The notes below the pieces were generated by a model. The model did no database searches. It was given only the letters and a program-made list of their open reading frames with translations, and was not told the origin of the DNA. Positions 22,469-33,122 of a DNA stretch of 64,000 nt are shown here, one piece after another. The stretch's first letter is position 1, and each line of letters starts with the position of its first letter. This DNA comes from Nitrobacter sp. (GTDB lineage Bacteria > Pseudomonadota > Alphaproteobacteria > Rhizobiales > Xanthobacteraceae): positions 801 to 64,800 of the forward strand of contig NZ_JBPPLZ010000012.1 in the NCBI RefSeq assembly GCF_051535235.1. Reading direction: 5' to 3'. The position numbers were made by a program, and so were the translations under genes.

Positions 22469-22975
22469 ATGACGGTGATAACCTGGACCGACGACCGCGT
22501 CGAGCAACTGAAAAAGCTTTGGGAGGCGGGTCTCTCCGCAAGTCAGATCGCCGCCGAACTCGGCAACGTGACGCGCAATGCGGTAATCGGCAAGGTACAT
22601 CGGCTCGGCCTGTCGGGCCGCGCCAAAAGCCCTTCGTCAGCGGTTCCACGGCCGCGCAAGGCCCGCCCGGCGCAGCACATGATGCGGGTGTCACGTCCCG
22701 TCTCCCGCGGCAACACCGCGCTCGCGCACGCCTTCGAGGTCGAACTCGAGCCGGATCCGATCGCCTACGACAATGTGGTGCCGATGAGCCAACGGCTGTC
22801 GCTGCTCGAACTCAGCGAAGCCACCTGCCACTGGCCGGTCGGCGATCCCTCGACACCGGACTTCTTCTTCTGCGGTGGCAAAGCGCTCTCCGGCCTGCCC
22901 TATTGCGCGCACCACTCGCGCATCGCCTATCAGCCGGCCGCAGACCGGCGCCGGCACTCGCCGAAGGCACGGTAA
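22469..22975 (+). CDS. gcrA: cell cycle regulator GcrA
   Basis: WTDDRVEQLKKLW...TRNAVIGKVHRLGL; CHWPVGDP...FCG...YC..H. Confidence 0.95.
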   Translation: MTVITWTDDRVEQLKKLWEAGLSASQIAAELGNVTRNAVIGKVHRLGLSGRAKSPSSAVPRPRKARPAQHMMRVSRPVSRGNTALAHAFEVELEPDPIAYDNVVPMSQRLSLLELSEATCHWPVGDPSTPDFFFCGGKALSGLPYCAHHSRIAYQPAADRRRHSPKAR

Positions 22976-23119
22976 AGCGGCATGCATGATGTCCTCCCTG
23001 CCAAAGCGCAGGGACCCCTGACCACTGCTGCCGTAGTGTCACGACAGCGCTGATCCCGCCTTTTGTCAAAACAGAGATGTTCAGGCTTATGGGCCTGCGT
23101 TCGCAGGGGGCGACAGCGA

Positions 23120-23824
23120 TTACTCAGCCGCCTTCGCGAACTGCTCGTCCAGCGCGTAACCAGCACCGCGCACCGTGCGGATCGGATCCGGCTCGCCATC
23201 GGGATTGAGCAGCTTGCGAAGCCGACCGATGTGAACGTCAACGGTACGTTCGTCGATGTAGATGTCGCGGCCCCAGACGCTGTCGAGCAGTTGCTCGCGG
23301 CTGAACACCCGGCCGGGATGCTCGAGGAAGAATTCCAGCAGGCGATACTCGGTCGGACCGAGATCGACCTGCCGCCCGGAACGCCAGACGCGGTGCTTGT
23401 CGCGATCGAGTTCGATGTCGCCAAAGCTCAGGATCGTCGCGAGCCGCTCCGGGCTCGCGCGCCTCAGCAAGCCTTTGACCCGCGCCAGAAGCTCCGACAC
23501 CGAGAACGGCTTGACGACGTAGTCGTCGGCGCCGGTCGCAAGCCCCCGCACACGCTCGCTCTCCTCGCCGCGGGCGGTGAGCATGATGATCGGTAGCTGC
23601 CTGGTCTCGGGACGCGCCCGCAGACGGCGGCACAGTTCGATGCCGGACAACCCCGGCAGCATCCAGTCCAGCACCACGAGGTCGGGAATACGCTCCTTCA
23701 GCCACGTATCGGCTTCGTCGCCGCGCGCCACCGCTTCGACCTCGTAACCCTCGGCCTCGAGGTTGTAGCGCAAGAGCGTCGTGAGCGCCTCCTCGTCCTC
23801 GACAACCAGAATGCGTGCCGCCAT
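23120..23824 (-). CDS. phoB: phosphate regulon response regulator PhoB
   Basis: LDWMLPG receiver domain; RTVDVHIGRLRK, RTVRGAGY; operon context. Confidence 0.95.
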   Translation of the reverse strand: MAARILVVEDEEALTTLLRYNLEAEGYEVEAVARGDEADTWLKERIPDLVVLDWMLPGLSGIELCRRLRARPETRQLPIIMLTARGEESERVRGLATGADDYVVKPFSVSELLARVKGLLRRASPERLATILSFGDIELDRDKHRVWRSGRQVDLGPTEYRLLEFFLEHPGRVFSREQLLDSVWGRDIYIDERTVDVHIGRLRKLLNPDGEPDPIRTVRGAGYALDEQFAKAAE

Positions 23825-23846
23825 TGGTGTCCCGCCCGCTGTCGTT

Positions 23847-24560
23847 TCAGTTTCCAGAAACCGACGCAAATCCCGTCATATCGCCCTTGGGACGTTTGTC
23901 GAGCATCTGCTGGCCCTCGATCATGTAGAACACGGTCTCCGCGATATTGGTGGCGTGATCGCCGATCCGCTCGATGTTCTTGGCGCAGAACATCAGGTGG
24001 ATGCAGAACCCGATATTGCGCGGGTCTTCCATCATGTAGGTCAGAAGTTCGCGGAACAAAGACGTGCAGATGGCATCCACCTCCTCGTCCCCCTTCCAGA
24101 CCGCCATGGCCGACGGCAGGTCGTGCGCCGCATAGGCATCGAGCACCGATTTGACCTGGGACTGCACGAGGTCGGTCATGTGCTCCAGACCGCGGATCAG
24201 CTTCAGCGGATGGAAATCGCTGTCGAGCGCGACCACGCGCTTGCCCATGTTCTTGGCAAGATCGCCGATCCGCTCCAGATCGATGGCGACCCGCATGGCG
24301 CCGACGATCGCGCGCAGGTCCACCGCCATCGGTTGTCGCCGCGCGATGGTGCGCACGGCACGCTCCTCGATCATGCGCTGCAACTGATCGATCTCGGCGT
24401 CGGTGTCGACGACGCGCGCGCCGAGCGCAGCATCGCGGCGGATCAGCGCATCGACGGACTCCACGATCTGCCGCTCGGCAAGGCCGCCCATCTCGGAAAC
24501 CAGCCGGGTCAGCTCCTGCAGATCGTCGTCGAAAGCCCTGGCGGTGTGTTCGAAAGCCAT
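23847..24560 (-). CDS. phoU: phosphate signalling protein PhoU
   Basis: Two ERIGD repeats; QPMAVDLR. Confidence 0.96.
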   Translation of the reverse strand: MAFEHTARAFDDDLQELTRLVSEMGGLAERQIVESVDALIRRDAALGARVVDTDAEIDQLQRMIEERAVRTIARRQPMAVDLRAIVGAMRVAIDLERIGDLAKNMGKRVVALDSDFHPLKLIRGLEHMTDLVQSQVKSVLDAYAAHDLPSAMAVWKGDEEVDAICTSLFRELLTYMMEDPRNIGFCIHLMFCAKNIERIGDHATNIAETVFYMIEGQQMLDKRPKGDMTGFASVSGN

Positions 24561-24591
24561 TTCAATCCTCCCCGCGCATACGCGCGCAACG

Positions 24592-25413
24592 TCAGCCGAA
24601 GCGGCCTGTGATGTAATCCTGGGTGCGGCGGTCGGCGGGCGAGGTGAAGAGCTTGTTGGTCGGTCCGAACTCGACCATCTCGCCGAGATACATGAACGCG
24701 GTGGTGTCCGAGACCCGTGCCGCCTGCTGCATGTTATGGGTGACGATCGCGATGGTGTAGTGATCCTTGAGTTCGTCGATCAGTTCCTCGACCTTGGCGG
24801 TGGAGATCGGATCGAGCGCCGAGCACGGCTCGTCGAACAGGATCACCTCCGGCCGCACCGCGACTGTCCGCGCGATGCACAACCGCTGCTGCTGGCCGCC
24901 GGAGAGGCTGAGCCCGCTGGCGTTGAGCTTGTCCTTGACTTCATTCCACAAGGCGCTGTTGCGCAGCGCCCTTTCCACCCGACCATCCATCTCCGATTTC
25001 GGCAATTTCTCGTACAGGCGGATGCCGAACGCGATGTTTTCATAAATCGTCATCGGGAACGGCGTCGGCTTCTGGAACACCATGCCGACCCGCGCGCGCA
25101 GAAGATTGAGATCGAGCCTGGGGTCGAGAACGTCGGTATTGTCGAGCAGCACCTGACCTTCGACGCGCTGGCCGGGGTAGAGGTCGTACATACGGTTGAA
25201 GATACGAAGCAGGGTCGATTTGCCGCAACCCGAGGGACCGATGAAGGCGGTCACGCGATTGGCGGCGATCGACAGGTTGACGTTCTTCAGCGCATGGTGC
25301 TGGCCGTAATAGAAATTGAGGTTACGGACGGCAATCTTGGCCGGAGCGTCGAGATCGATCAACGATGCCGGAACGGCGGCACGCGCGGAGACGGCAGCGG
25401 AAACATCGGTCAT
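24592..25413 (-). CDS. pstB: phosphate ABC transporter ATPase
   Basis: [29 protein letters not shown]. Confidence 0.97.
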   Translation of the reverse strand: MTDVSAAVSARAAVPASLIDLDAPAKIAVRNLNFYYGQHHALKNVNLSIAANRVTAFIGPSGCGKSTLLRIFNRMYDLYPGQRVEGQVLLDNTDVLDPRLDLNLLRARVGMVFQKPTPFPMTIYENIAFGIRLYEKLPKSEMDGRVERALRNSALWNEVKDKLNASGLSLSGGQQQRLCIARTVAVRPEVILFDEPCSALDPISTAKVEELIDELKDHYTIAIVTHNMQQAARVSDTTAFMYLGEMVEFGPTNKLFTSPADRRTQDYITGRFG

Positions 25414-26255
25414 TTTGCGGTCCTCTCAGAGCCGATCAACCTCGCGCCGATATTCAGCGCCAGCACGGCCAGCGTGATCAGCAGCGCGCCGCTCCACGCC
25501 AGATCCTTCCAGTAGGCGTAGGGGCTCTGCACGAAGTTGTTGATGGTGACGGGAAGGTTCGCGATCGTGTTCGTCAGGTCTATACTGAAGAACTGGTTGC
25601 TCAGCGCGGTGAACAGCAGAGGTGCTGTCTCGCCCGCCACGCGCGCGGTGGCGAGCAGCACCCCGGTGATCAGTCCCGCCCGCGCCGCGCGATAGGCGAT
25701 GCGCCTGATGACAAGCGAGCGCGGCAGACCGAGCGCGGAGGCCGCCTCGCGCAGCGAGTTCGGCACCAGCATCAGCATATCCTCAGTGGTGCGCACCACG
25801 ACCGGAATGACGATCACCGCAAGTGCGAGCGAGCCCGCGAGCGCCGAGAAGCCTCGCATCGGCACCACGACCGCGCCATAGATGAACAGTCCAATGATGA
25901 TCGAAGGCGCGCTGAGAAGGATGTCGTTGATAAAGCGGATCACCGGCGAAAGACGGTCGTGCCTGCCGTATTCGGCAAGATAAGTGCCAGCGAACAGGCC
26001 AATCGGCGCGCCGACCCCGACCCCGATCACGGTCATGATGACGGAGCCGACGATGGCGTTCGAGAGGCCGCCTTCGGAGGCGCCGGGCGGCGGCGTGTTC
26101 TGGGTGAAGATCTGCCAGCTCATCCCGGCGAGACCGTTGTAGAACAGCGTGAACAGAATGAACCCGAGCCAGGAGACGCCGAAGGCGGCGGCGGCAAAGC
26201 ACAAAGCGCGGACGACGATGTCCCGTCGGCGGCGGGACGCATAAATCGGATTCAT
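25410..26255 (-). CDS. pstA: phosphate ABC transporter permease PstA
   Basis: [19 protein letters not shown]. Confidence 0.95.
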   Translation of the reverse strand: MNPIYASRRRRDIVVRALCFAAAAFGVSWLGFILFTLFYNGLAGMSWQIFTQNTPPPGASEGGLSNAIVGSVIMTVIGVGVGAPIGLFAGTYLAEYGRHDRLSPVIRFINDILLSAPSIIIGLFIYGAVVVPMRGFSALAGSLALAVIVIPVVVRTTEDMLMLVPNSLREAASALGLPRSLVIRRIAYRAARAGLITGVLLATARVAGETAPLLFTALSNQFFSIDLTNTIANLPVTINNFVQSPYAYWKDLAWSGALLITLAVLALNIGARLIGSERTAK

Positions 26256-26337
26256 GACTTCACCCGAACAGGTGCGATCTCTGAACAGACGTATTCATTT
26301 GTCCGCAAAGTCCGTTTTCCGCTTTTTCGGATCATGC

Positions 26338-27336
26338 CTATTTCCCTGCCTTCTTCTCCAGCCGCAGCAGCATCAAGCGCGCCGCCGCGAGGACGAAGAA
26401 CGTCAACACGAACAGCAGCAGGCCGAGCAGCATCAGGCTCGACTGATGCAGGCCGTCGCTCTCGGCGAACTCGCTGGCGATCGCCGCGGAAATCGTGGTG
26501 CCGGGCGCGAAGATCGACGGCGAGATGCGGAACGAGTTGCCGATGATGAACGTCACCGCCATGGTCTCGCCGAGCGCGCGGCCGAGCCCCAGCATGACGC
26601 CGCCGATGACACCGACGCGCGTGTAGGGCAGCACGACGTGGCGCACGACTTCCCAGGTGGTGCAGCCGACGCCATAGGCCGCCTCCTTCAACACCGGCGG
26701 TACGGTTGCGAACACGTCGCGCGAGATCGCGGTGATGAAAGGCAGCACCATGATCGCGAGGATCAGCGAGGCGTTGAACAGGCTCAAATAGGACGGCGGA
26801 CCGCCGAAGATCGAGCCGAGGACCGGCACGCCCGCGAACAGGTCGATGAAGAATGGCTGCACCGTATTCGCAAGGAACGGGCCGAGGATGAAGAAGCCCC
26901 ACATCCCGTAGATGATCGAGGGAATGCCGGCGAGCAGTTCGATCGCCATGCCGATCGGCCTGCGCGCCCACAGCGGGCACAATTCGGTGAGAAAAACCGC
27001 AATTCCGATGCCGACGGGGATCGCGATCGTCATGGCGATGACCGAGGTCAGGATCGTGCCATAGAGCGGGCTCAGCGCGCCCAGTACCGGCGGTTCGGCG
27101 GACGGCGCCCAGCGCTGCGTCGTCAGGAACGCGCTTCCGAACTGCACAATGGCGGGCCATGACCCGACGATCAGCGAAACGATGATGCCGCCGAGCAGCA
27201 ACAGGACCAGGATCGCGCAGATCCGCGTGGCCCAGTAGAACGCCTTGTCGCCGAGCCTGAAGGCGTTCAGCGCGCGGACGCGGTCATGAGAGCCCGCCTG
27301 CTCCATCGCGCTGCCATGAACGATCATTTCCGCCAC
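26338..27336 (-). CDS. pstC: phosphate ABC transporter permease PstC
   Basis: ELLAGIPSIIYG, GRALGETMAV; GTG start after AGGAG. Confidence 0.95.
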   Translation of the reverse strand: MAEMIVHGSAMEQAGSHDRVRALNAFRLGDKAFYWATRICAILVLLLLGGIIVSLIVGSWPAIVQFGSAFLTTQRWAPSAEPPVLGALSPLYGTILTSVIAMTIAIPVGIGIAVFLTELCPLWARRPIGMAIELLAGIPSIIYGMWGFFILGPFLANTVQPFFIDLFAGVPVLGSIFGGPPSYLSLFNASLILAIMVLPFITAISRDVFATVPPVLKEAAYGVGCTTWEVVRHVVLPYTRVGVIGGVMLGLGRALGETMAVTFIIGNSFRISPSIFAPGTTISAAIASEFAESDGLHQSSLMLLGLLLFVLTFFVLAAARLMLLRLEKKAGK

Positions 27337-27413
27337 GCTCGTCTCCTGTTTCCCACTGCGCATGATGTCCGGCAGTCTTGCTGGAAACGCTTTCTCGCAA
27401 GGGCTCCTGAAGA

Positions 27414-27443
27414 ATGGAGGAGCGCGATGGCGCGCTCCTCCAT
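27414..27443 (-). terminator. pstS-pstC intercistronic stem-loop
   Basis: Perfect 13-bp stem ATGGAGGAGCGCG/CGCGCTCCTCCAT immediately after the pstS stop. Confidence 0.65.
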
Positions 27444-27451
27444 GGCCGCGA

Positions 27452-28477
27452 TCAGCTCCTGATCTCGGAGGTCCAGGTCTTCTCGATCTGCTTGACGACC
27501 GACTCCGGCATCGGGATGTAGTCCAGTTCCTCGGCCATCTTGCCGCCCTTCTCGAACGACCACTTGAAGAACTTGATGGCCTCGGTGGAGGCCGCTCTGT
27601 CGACCGGCTCCTTCTGCATCAGGATGAACGTCGCCGCGGTGATCGGCCACGAAGCCTCACCCGGCTGATCCGTCAGGATCACGTAGTAACCTGGCGCATG
27701 GGCCCAGTCAGCGTTGCCGGCCGCGGCTTGGAAAGCGGCGACGGTCGGCTGCACCGTCTTGCCGGCCTTGTTGATGAGCGCGGCGTAGACCAGCCTGTTC
27801 TGCCTGGCGTAGGCATACTCGACATAGCCGATCGAGTTCCGGGTCTGGCCGACATTGCCGGAGACGCCTTCGTTGCCCTTGGCGCCGACGCCCGCCGGCC
27901 ACTCGACCGCGGTACCCTCGCCGACTTTCGCCTTCCACTCGGCGTTCACCTTGGACAGGTAGTTGGTGAAGTTGAACGAGGTGCCCGACCCGTCCGAGCG
28001 ATGCACGACGGCGATCGCAGCCGAGGGCAGCTTGAGCTTCGGGTTGAGCTTTGCGATCGCCGGATCATCCCATTTGGTGACCTTGCCGAGATAGATGTCG
28101 CCGAGCAGTTCGCCCGAAAGGACCAGTTCACCGGGCCTCACGCCTTCGACATTCACGACGGGGACGATCGCGCCCATCACCATGGGCCACTGCAAGAGGC
28201 CATCCTTGTCGAGCTTTTCGGCCGTCAGCGGCGCATCGGTCGCGCCGAAGGTCACGGTCCTGGCGAGGATCTGCTTGATGCCGGCGCCCGACCCGATCGA
28301 CTGGTAGTTCAGGCCGTTGCCAGTCTCCTTCTTGTAGGCATCGGCCCATTTCGAATAGACCGGAAACGGGAAGGTCGCGCCCGCGCCGGTGATGTCAGCC
28401 GCCCTCGCCGGAAGCGAAAGGGCGGACGCCGAGGCGGCAACGAGGCCGGCGGCGGCGATGGCCTTGAAGAAATTCAT
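27452..28477 (-). CDS. pstS: phosphate-binding protein PstS
   Basis: GAGATFP, GSGAG, RSDGSGT. Confidence 0.96.
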   Translation of the reverse strand: MNFFKAIAAAGLVAASASALSLPARAADITGAGATFPFPVYSKWADAYKKETGNGLNYQSIGSGAGIKQILARTVTFGATDAPLTAEKLDKDGLLQWPMVMGAIVPVVNVEGVRPGELVLSGELLGDIYLGKVTKWDDPAIAKLNPKLKLPSAAIAVVHRSDGSGTSFNFTNYLSKVNAEWKAKVGEGTAVEWPAGVGAKGNEGVSGNVGQTRNSIGYVEYAYARQNRLVYAALINKAGKTVQPTVAAFQAAAGNADWAHAPGYYVILTDQPGEASWPITAATFILMQKEPVDRAASTEAIKFFKWSFEKGGKMAEELDYIPMPESVVKQIEKTWTSEIRS

Positions 28478-28550
28478 GTGTGGTCTCCCTCGTATCGAGC
28501 AGAGCAAATGCGCTCATGACGCCCGTCTAAGTGCGGTCGATGCTGCTTTT

Positions 28551-28579
28551 ACGAAGGTTTGACGACAGCGGGATGACAG
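28551..28579 (-). promoter_or_regulatory. Pho box upstream of pstS
   Basis: Minus strand CTGTCAT-N4-CTGTCGT-N4-CCTTCGT, 11-bp period. Confidence 0.85.
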
Positions 28580-28605
28580 CGGCAAGCCGTTGCAACCATT
28601 GACCT

Positions 28606-29952
28606 TCAGGCGGGGGAGATCGCCTGCGCCGGTGGAAAACCCGCCGTGAAGGATGCGCCTTTGCCGGGCACGCTTTCGATCAGCAGGCGGCCGTGATGAC
28701 GGTTCAGGATGTGTTTCACCAGCGACAGGCCCAGGCCGGTACCGCCCTGAGCACGGCTGTCGCCGACATCGACGCGATAGAAACGTTCGGTGAGGCGCGG
28801 CAAATGTTCGGGCGCGATGCCGGGACCGAAGTCCCGCACCACCACCCGGAATTCCGGAACACCGTCGGGCGCCGCATCCATCATCGACGACACCACGATC
28901 CTGCCGCCCGACGCGCCGTATTTCAGCGCGTTCTCGATCAGATTCTCGAACAGTCGCAGCAACTCCTCGCGATCGCCGGCGATCATAACCGGCGTGTTCG
29001 GCAATGAAACCTCGATGTCGACCTGACGCTCCACGGCCAGCGGCTCGAGTCCGTCGACGACCTGACGCACGATCGGAATGAGATCGACAAGCGCGTCCGG
29101 CCGCACATGTGCCGACAGTTCGACCCGCGACAGCGACAGCAGATCGTCGATCAGCCGCGCCATGCGTGTCGCCTGAGCGTGCATGATGCCGAGAAAGCGG
29201 TCGCGGGCGCCGGGGTCGTCGCGTGCCGGGCCCTGCAGCGTGTCGATGAAGCCCGACAATGCCGCCAGCGGCGTGCGCAGTTCGTGGCTTGCATTGGCGA
29301 CGAAGTCGGCGCGCATTTCCTCGACCCGCCGCAACGGCGTCTGATCGTGGAACGTCAACAGCATGCAATGATCGATGCCGCCAAACGCGGTCGGCACCGG
29401 AACCGGCGTGATGATCAATTCCATCCAGCGATCGACCGGAACATGATTGAGATAGGTCGCCCGCCGCGTTTCCCGCGTTGCGATCGCCTCGCGCAACGCC
29501 GTGACGATCTCGGGCGACCGCAGCGCGAATTGCGCGAGCTCGTTCTTGCGCAACGCCGGCACGAGCTGCGCCGCAGCGGCATTGAGATGGATGACGCGGC
29601 CGGCCCGATCGAGCAGAACGTTGGGATCGGGCATGCCGGCAATGATGGCATACGCCGCCGCGGTCTCCACCGGATTGGCGCCGAGTTCGGTTTCGCGCGA
29701 CGCGGCCGGATCGTGAACCTGCCAGGGTACCAGCGCCGCAGCGGCGATGCAGACAAACGCGGCGATGGCGCGGGAAGGCTGCAGGCCGCCGAATACGGCG
29801 AGCGCGGCCAGCACGAGCCCGGCTACCAGCAGAATAAGCGCCGAACGGCGCAACCGATCCGCCCAGGATGCGGATTTCACAGCGAACACGGGCATCCGCG
29901 AAGCGGCTCCTTCCGCGGCCGCGTGAATGCTGTCAGGCGCCGGAGTCGCCAT
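28606..29952 (-). CDS. phoR: phosphate regulon sensor kinase PhoR
   Basis: DFVANASHELRTPL, LTERFYRVD, GGTGLGL; adjacent to the pst operon. Confidence 0.92.
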   Translation of the reverse strand: MATPAPDSIHAAAEGAASRMPVFAVKSASWADRLRRSALILLVAGLVLAALAVFGGLQPSRAIAAFVCIAAAALVPWQVHDPAASRETELGANPVETAAAYAIIAGMPDPNVLLDRAGRVIHLNAAAAQLVPALRKNELAQFALRSPEIVTALREAIATRETRRATYLNHVPVDRWMELIITPVPVPTAFGGIDHCMLLTFHDQTPLRRVEEMRADFVANASHELRTPLAALSGFIDTLQGPARDDPGARDRFLGIMHAQATRMARLIDDLLSLSRVELSAHVRPDALVDLIPIVRQVVDGLEPLAVERQVDIEVSLPNTPVMIAGDREELLRLFENLIENALKYGASGGRIVVSSMMDAAPDGVPEFRVVVRDFGPGIAPEHLPRLTERFYRVDVGDSRAQGGTGLGLSLVKHILNRHHGRLLIESVPGKGASFTAGFPPAQAISPA

Positions 29953-30988
29953 GCTTCCCCAGGCAGGTCACCTTGGCCGTTGGCTCGCCGCTCGGCTCCG
30001 GCTGCGCGTCACGCGCGCGCTTCATGCGCGTGCTGATGACAACTTCCCGAAACGTCAGCAGGATGATGGAAATAACGAAAGGCACAACATAGTAGAGCAG
30101 CCGGAACAGCAGCATGCCTGCCAGCAGGTCCTTTTTGTCCATCTGCCAGAGACCGACAAGCATGGCAGCGTCGAACACGCCGAGGCCGCCCGGCGAATGG
30201 CTCGCGAAGCCGAGCAGCGTCGCGGACACGAAAATCACGGCAACAAAGACGAAGCCGACATTGGGCTGGTCCGGAACCAGCACGTACATCGCGAGCGCGC
30301 AAAACCCCAGATCGACGATTCCGATCAGGATCTGCAGCAGCGTCAGCGATCCGCCCGGCAGAACCACCGTCCACGATCCACTGCCGACACGACGCGGCCG
30401 GATTCCAACCCAGACAATGTACCCGATCAGACCGAGAATAATCACGATCGCGATCAGCCGATTGAACCAGGCCGGAAGTTGATCGACGCTGGTCGCAGCC
30501 TCGGGATGATAGGCGACGCCGAGCCCGAGCACGGCGGCGTTGCCGAGCCAGAAAGTCAGACCGGCCAGAAAACAGACCTTCGCGACATCGACCGCGTTCA
30601 GTCCCCAGGCGGAATAGATGCGATAGCGCACCGCGCCGCCGGTGAAGACGCTGGCGCCGACGTTGTGGCCGACCGAATAGCTGGTAAAGGCCGCGAACGC
30701 CGTGGCGCGGTAAGGAATATGCGTGACGCCGATCGCCCGAACCGCGAACAGGTCGTAGAACGTCAACGTGAAATAGCCGGCGGCGACAAACAGGCCCGAC
30801 AGCGCGATCGAGCGCATCTCGGTCCGCCGGACAGCTTCCATAACCTCGTCGAGATCGATGTCCCTGAGGATATGGACCAGCACATAAAATGCGACCACAA
30901 TGATCGTGACGCTGATCGCAACACCGAGCTTGTGCAGGATTTGGTTCCGGCGCAGAACCGAGATCGCTCTGCGTATTGATCCTAGCAT
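29933..30988 (-). CDS. YbhN/UPF0104 (lysylphosphatidylglycerol synthase TM-like) membrane protein
   Basis: GGAVRYRIYS, PGGLGVFDA, FRLLYY. Confidence 0.85.
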   Translation of the reverse strand: MLGSIRRAISVLRRNQILHKLGVAISVTIIVVAFYVLVHILRDIDLDEVMEAVRRTEMRSIALSGLFVAAGYFTLTFYDLFAVRAIGVTHIPYRATAFAAFTSYSVGHNVGASVFTGGAVRYRIYSAWGLNAVDVAKVCFLAGLTFWLGNAAVLGLGVAYHPEAATSVDQLPAWFNRLIAIVIILGLIGYIVWVGIRPRRVGSGSWTVVLPGGSLTLLQILIGIVDLGFCALAMYVLVPDQPNVGFVFVAVIFVSATLLGFASHSPGGLGVFDAAMLVGLWQMDKKDLLAGMLLFRLLYYVVPFVISIILLTFREVVISTRMKRARDAQPEPSGEPTAKVTCLGKHGDSGA

Positions 30989-31139
30989 CGAGACCTCGAA
31001 TTGCGGTCCACGACGAAACAATCGCCATTCCGCATTCATTCACGTGGACAACGTCGTAGCGTGTACTGGTTCCTAGTGGAATTCCGCCGGCGTTAACAAA
31101 GCCTTTTATTTCAAAAAATCAGAATATTGTTTCAACAAA

Positions 31140-31454
31140 TCAAGAGCGTCCCGGCGGTTCGCCGGAGGTCGCCTGGCGCGATACAACCCTGTCGCGCAGC
31201 CACGACCCTATCGCGCACCCCACTAGATAGGTTCCAAACATTACCAAACCAAGGTCGAGCCAGTAACCGAACCGACCGGGAACCACATGCGTCACCGCCG
31301 CGACGACGAGCGCTGCGACAAATATGGACAGCGCCTGCGCGACCCGCTTCGTGACCCCCCGGCCGCGATGGACTACCGCGATCCAGCCCATGGCGAAACC
31401 CAGCAGAAACGATCCAGCGAGCCAGCCCCAGAGAAACTCCGCCAGATAGACCAT
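31140..31454 (-). CDS. small membrane protein
   Basis: 3 TM helices; directly downstream of the OmpA gene. Confidence 0.7.
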   Translation of the reverse strand: MVYLAEFLWGWLAGSFLLGFAMGWIAVVHRGRGVTKRVAQALSIFVAALVVAAVTHVVPGRFGYWLDLGLVMFGTYLVGCAIGSWLRDRVVSRQATSGEPPGRS

Positions 31455-31458
31455 GTCC

Positions 31459-32850
31459 TTACTGCCTCACAATGAAATCAATGCGGCGATTTTTGGCCTT
31501 GCCCTCTTCGGTGTCGTTGGTGGCGATCGGCTGCGTGCTGCCGTTGCCGATCGGCTTGAAGCGATCGGAAGGCATTCCGGCTTTCACCAGATAGTCCACG
31601 ACGGCCTGCGCACGCCGCTCGGATAGTGTCTGATTGAACGAAGCATCGCCATCGCTGTCGGTATAGCCGACGATCTCGATCGTCGCCGTTGGACAGCGCA
31701 GCGCGGTTTCCGTCAGCCGGTCCAGCAGGCCGATGGAATCCGGATCAAGCGTGGCCTGGCCGGTCTCGAACTGGATCGTGCGCTTGCCCAGCAGGTCGGC
31801 GAACAATTGCTGACAGACCGCCGGATCGACCGGAGCCGCCGCCGGTTTGACCGACACTTCGGGCTTCGCCTGCCAACCACGGGGCAGGTCCTTGGGCAGA
31901 TCGGCGCGGAGCTGCCTTGCCGCCGCATCGTACAGCGCGTCGCCGGAAAGCTCGACGTCCCGGTCGGAGACCACAAGTCTTCCCGTCGACAGCCGTGACA
32001 ACGATCCGAGCGCTCGTGTGACGACGGCATCAAACCCCGCCGGCGCGCCGAGACTGGCCTTGAGCTTGTCGACAACCTTCTCGCCGAACTTGCGGCCGGC
32101 GGATGCGACGATCGCGGCATGAACGGCATTGTCGGGCACATATCCGGTCAACGTCAGCGTCGCGGCAACCGGATCCTTGTTGGCCTCGAAGATATATGGC
32201 GGGGCCTGAATGTCGTTGGTGACAGAATATCCCTCCGGCAGGTTTTTCAGCGCCGCCGCGATCGCCTCGCGGCCGCCGAGCTCGCGCGCCATGCCCGACA
32301 GGTTCACCGTCATATCGGACATCGTGGCCTTGCCGGTCTTGAGCTTGCCGATTTCGCCGATCAGCAATGCGGCTGCCGTTTCGAAACGCAGCGGTGCGCC
32401 GCGCGACAAATTCATGTGGTCGGCGATGTCGATACCGGAAAACGTCGTGCGCGCGGCATCCAGCAGCTTATTCCTGACCACCGGCAACGGTGCGTTGCCG
32501 CTGAGCGTCACCTTTCCGACCCCGCGTTCGATGGTCCAGACGAACGGCTTGGCCTCGGCAACGAGCGCGGTGCGATCGTTGACCAGCCGCACACCCGGCA
32601 CGGCCTCGACCGAGGCGACCGCGTTGCTGCGCTCCTGATCCGAAAACGCCTCGGCGGAGAACGTGATGTCCCGGCCGGCCGCGCTGATCGTGGTCTTGTC
32701 GAGAACGCTACCCTTAAGCGCGGCGTCGGCATGCGCGCTCAGATCGGCTTCCAGCGGACCTGTGGTCGTCCAGGCGGCCAACAGCCAGAGGATGACAAGG
32801 GGGATGACGCCCGGCCACCATTTGCTGCTCCACCTGAAAAATCCGCGCAT
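31459..32850 (-). CDS. OmpA family protein with BON-like repeats
   Basis: GYTDSDG...NQTLSERRA, NRRIDF. Confidence 0.9.
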   Translation of the reverse strand: MRGFFRWSSKWWPGVIPLVILWLLAAWTTTGPLEADLSAHADAALKGSVLDKTTISAAGRDITFSAEAFSDQERSNAVASVEAVPGVRLVNDRTALVAEAKPFVWTIERGVGKVTLSGNAPLPVVRNKLLDAARTTFSGIDIADHMNLSRGAPLRFETAAALLIGEIGKLKTGKATMSDMTVNLSGMARELGGREAIAAALKNLPEGYSVTNDIQAPPYIFEANKDPVAATLTLTGYVPDNAVHAAIVASAGRKFGEKVVDKLKASLGAPAGFDAVVTRALGSLSRLSTGRLVVSDRDVELSGDALYDAAARQLRADLPKDLPRGWQAKPEVSVKPAAAPVDPAVCQQLFADLLGKRTIQFETGQATLDPDSIGLLDRLTETALRCPTATIEIVGYTDSDGDASFNQTLSERRAQAVVDYLVKAGMPSDRFKPIGNGSTQPIATNDTEEGKAKNRRIDFIVRQ

Positions 32851-33122
32851 TCGATATCCTGTGTCGCGCAAAACTTGCCCGCTCGATAGCGGACCGGATC
32901 ATGCGAGCCGAGCCAGCATCTGAAGCGCGCACCCGGCAAGGCCGGGATGGCTGATTCGGCCGGCAGCGTGCTGGAAATGAAGAGAAAACAAACCCTTGCC
33001 GGGCTGTCAAACCGGAAATAGGGCGGAAGCCTCGTCGCCGCGGCCCGGAGGTTCGGATAACCGTTTCTTCAACCGTTTCCCACTAAAGACGTGATCGACA
33101 ATAAGGTCGGCTGGTCAACCCG

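Noticed and set aside
33058-33079. AACCGTTTC direct repeat as a CtrA site
   Set aside because: Only a partial match to TTAA-N7-TTAA; too weak to call
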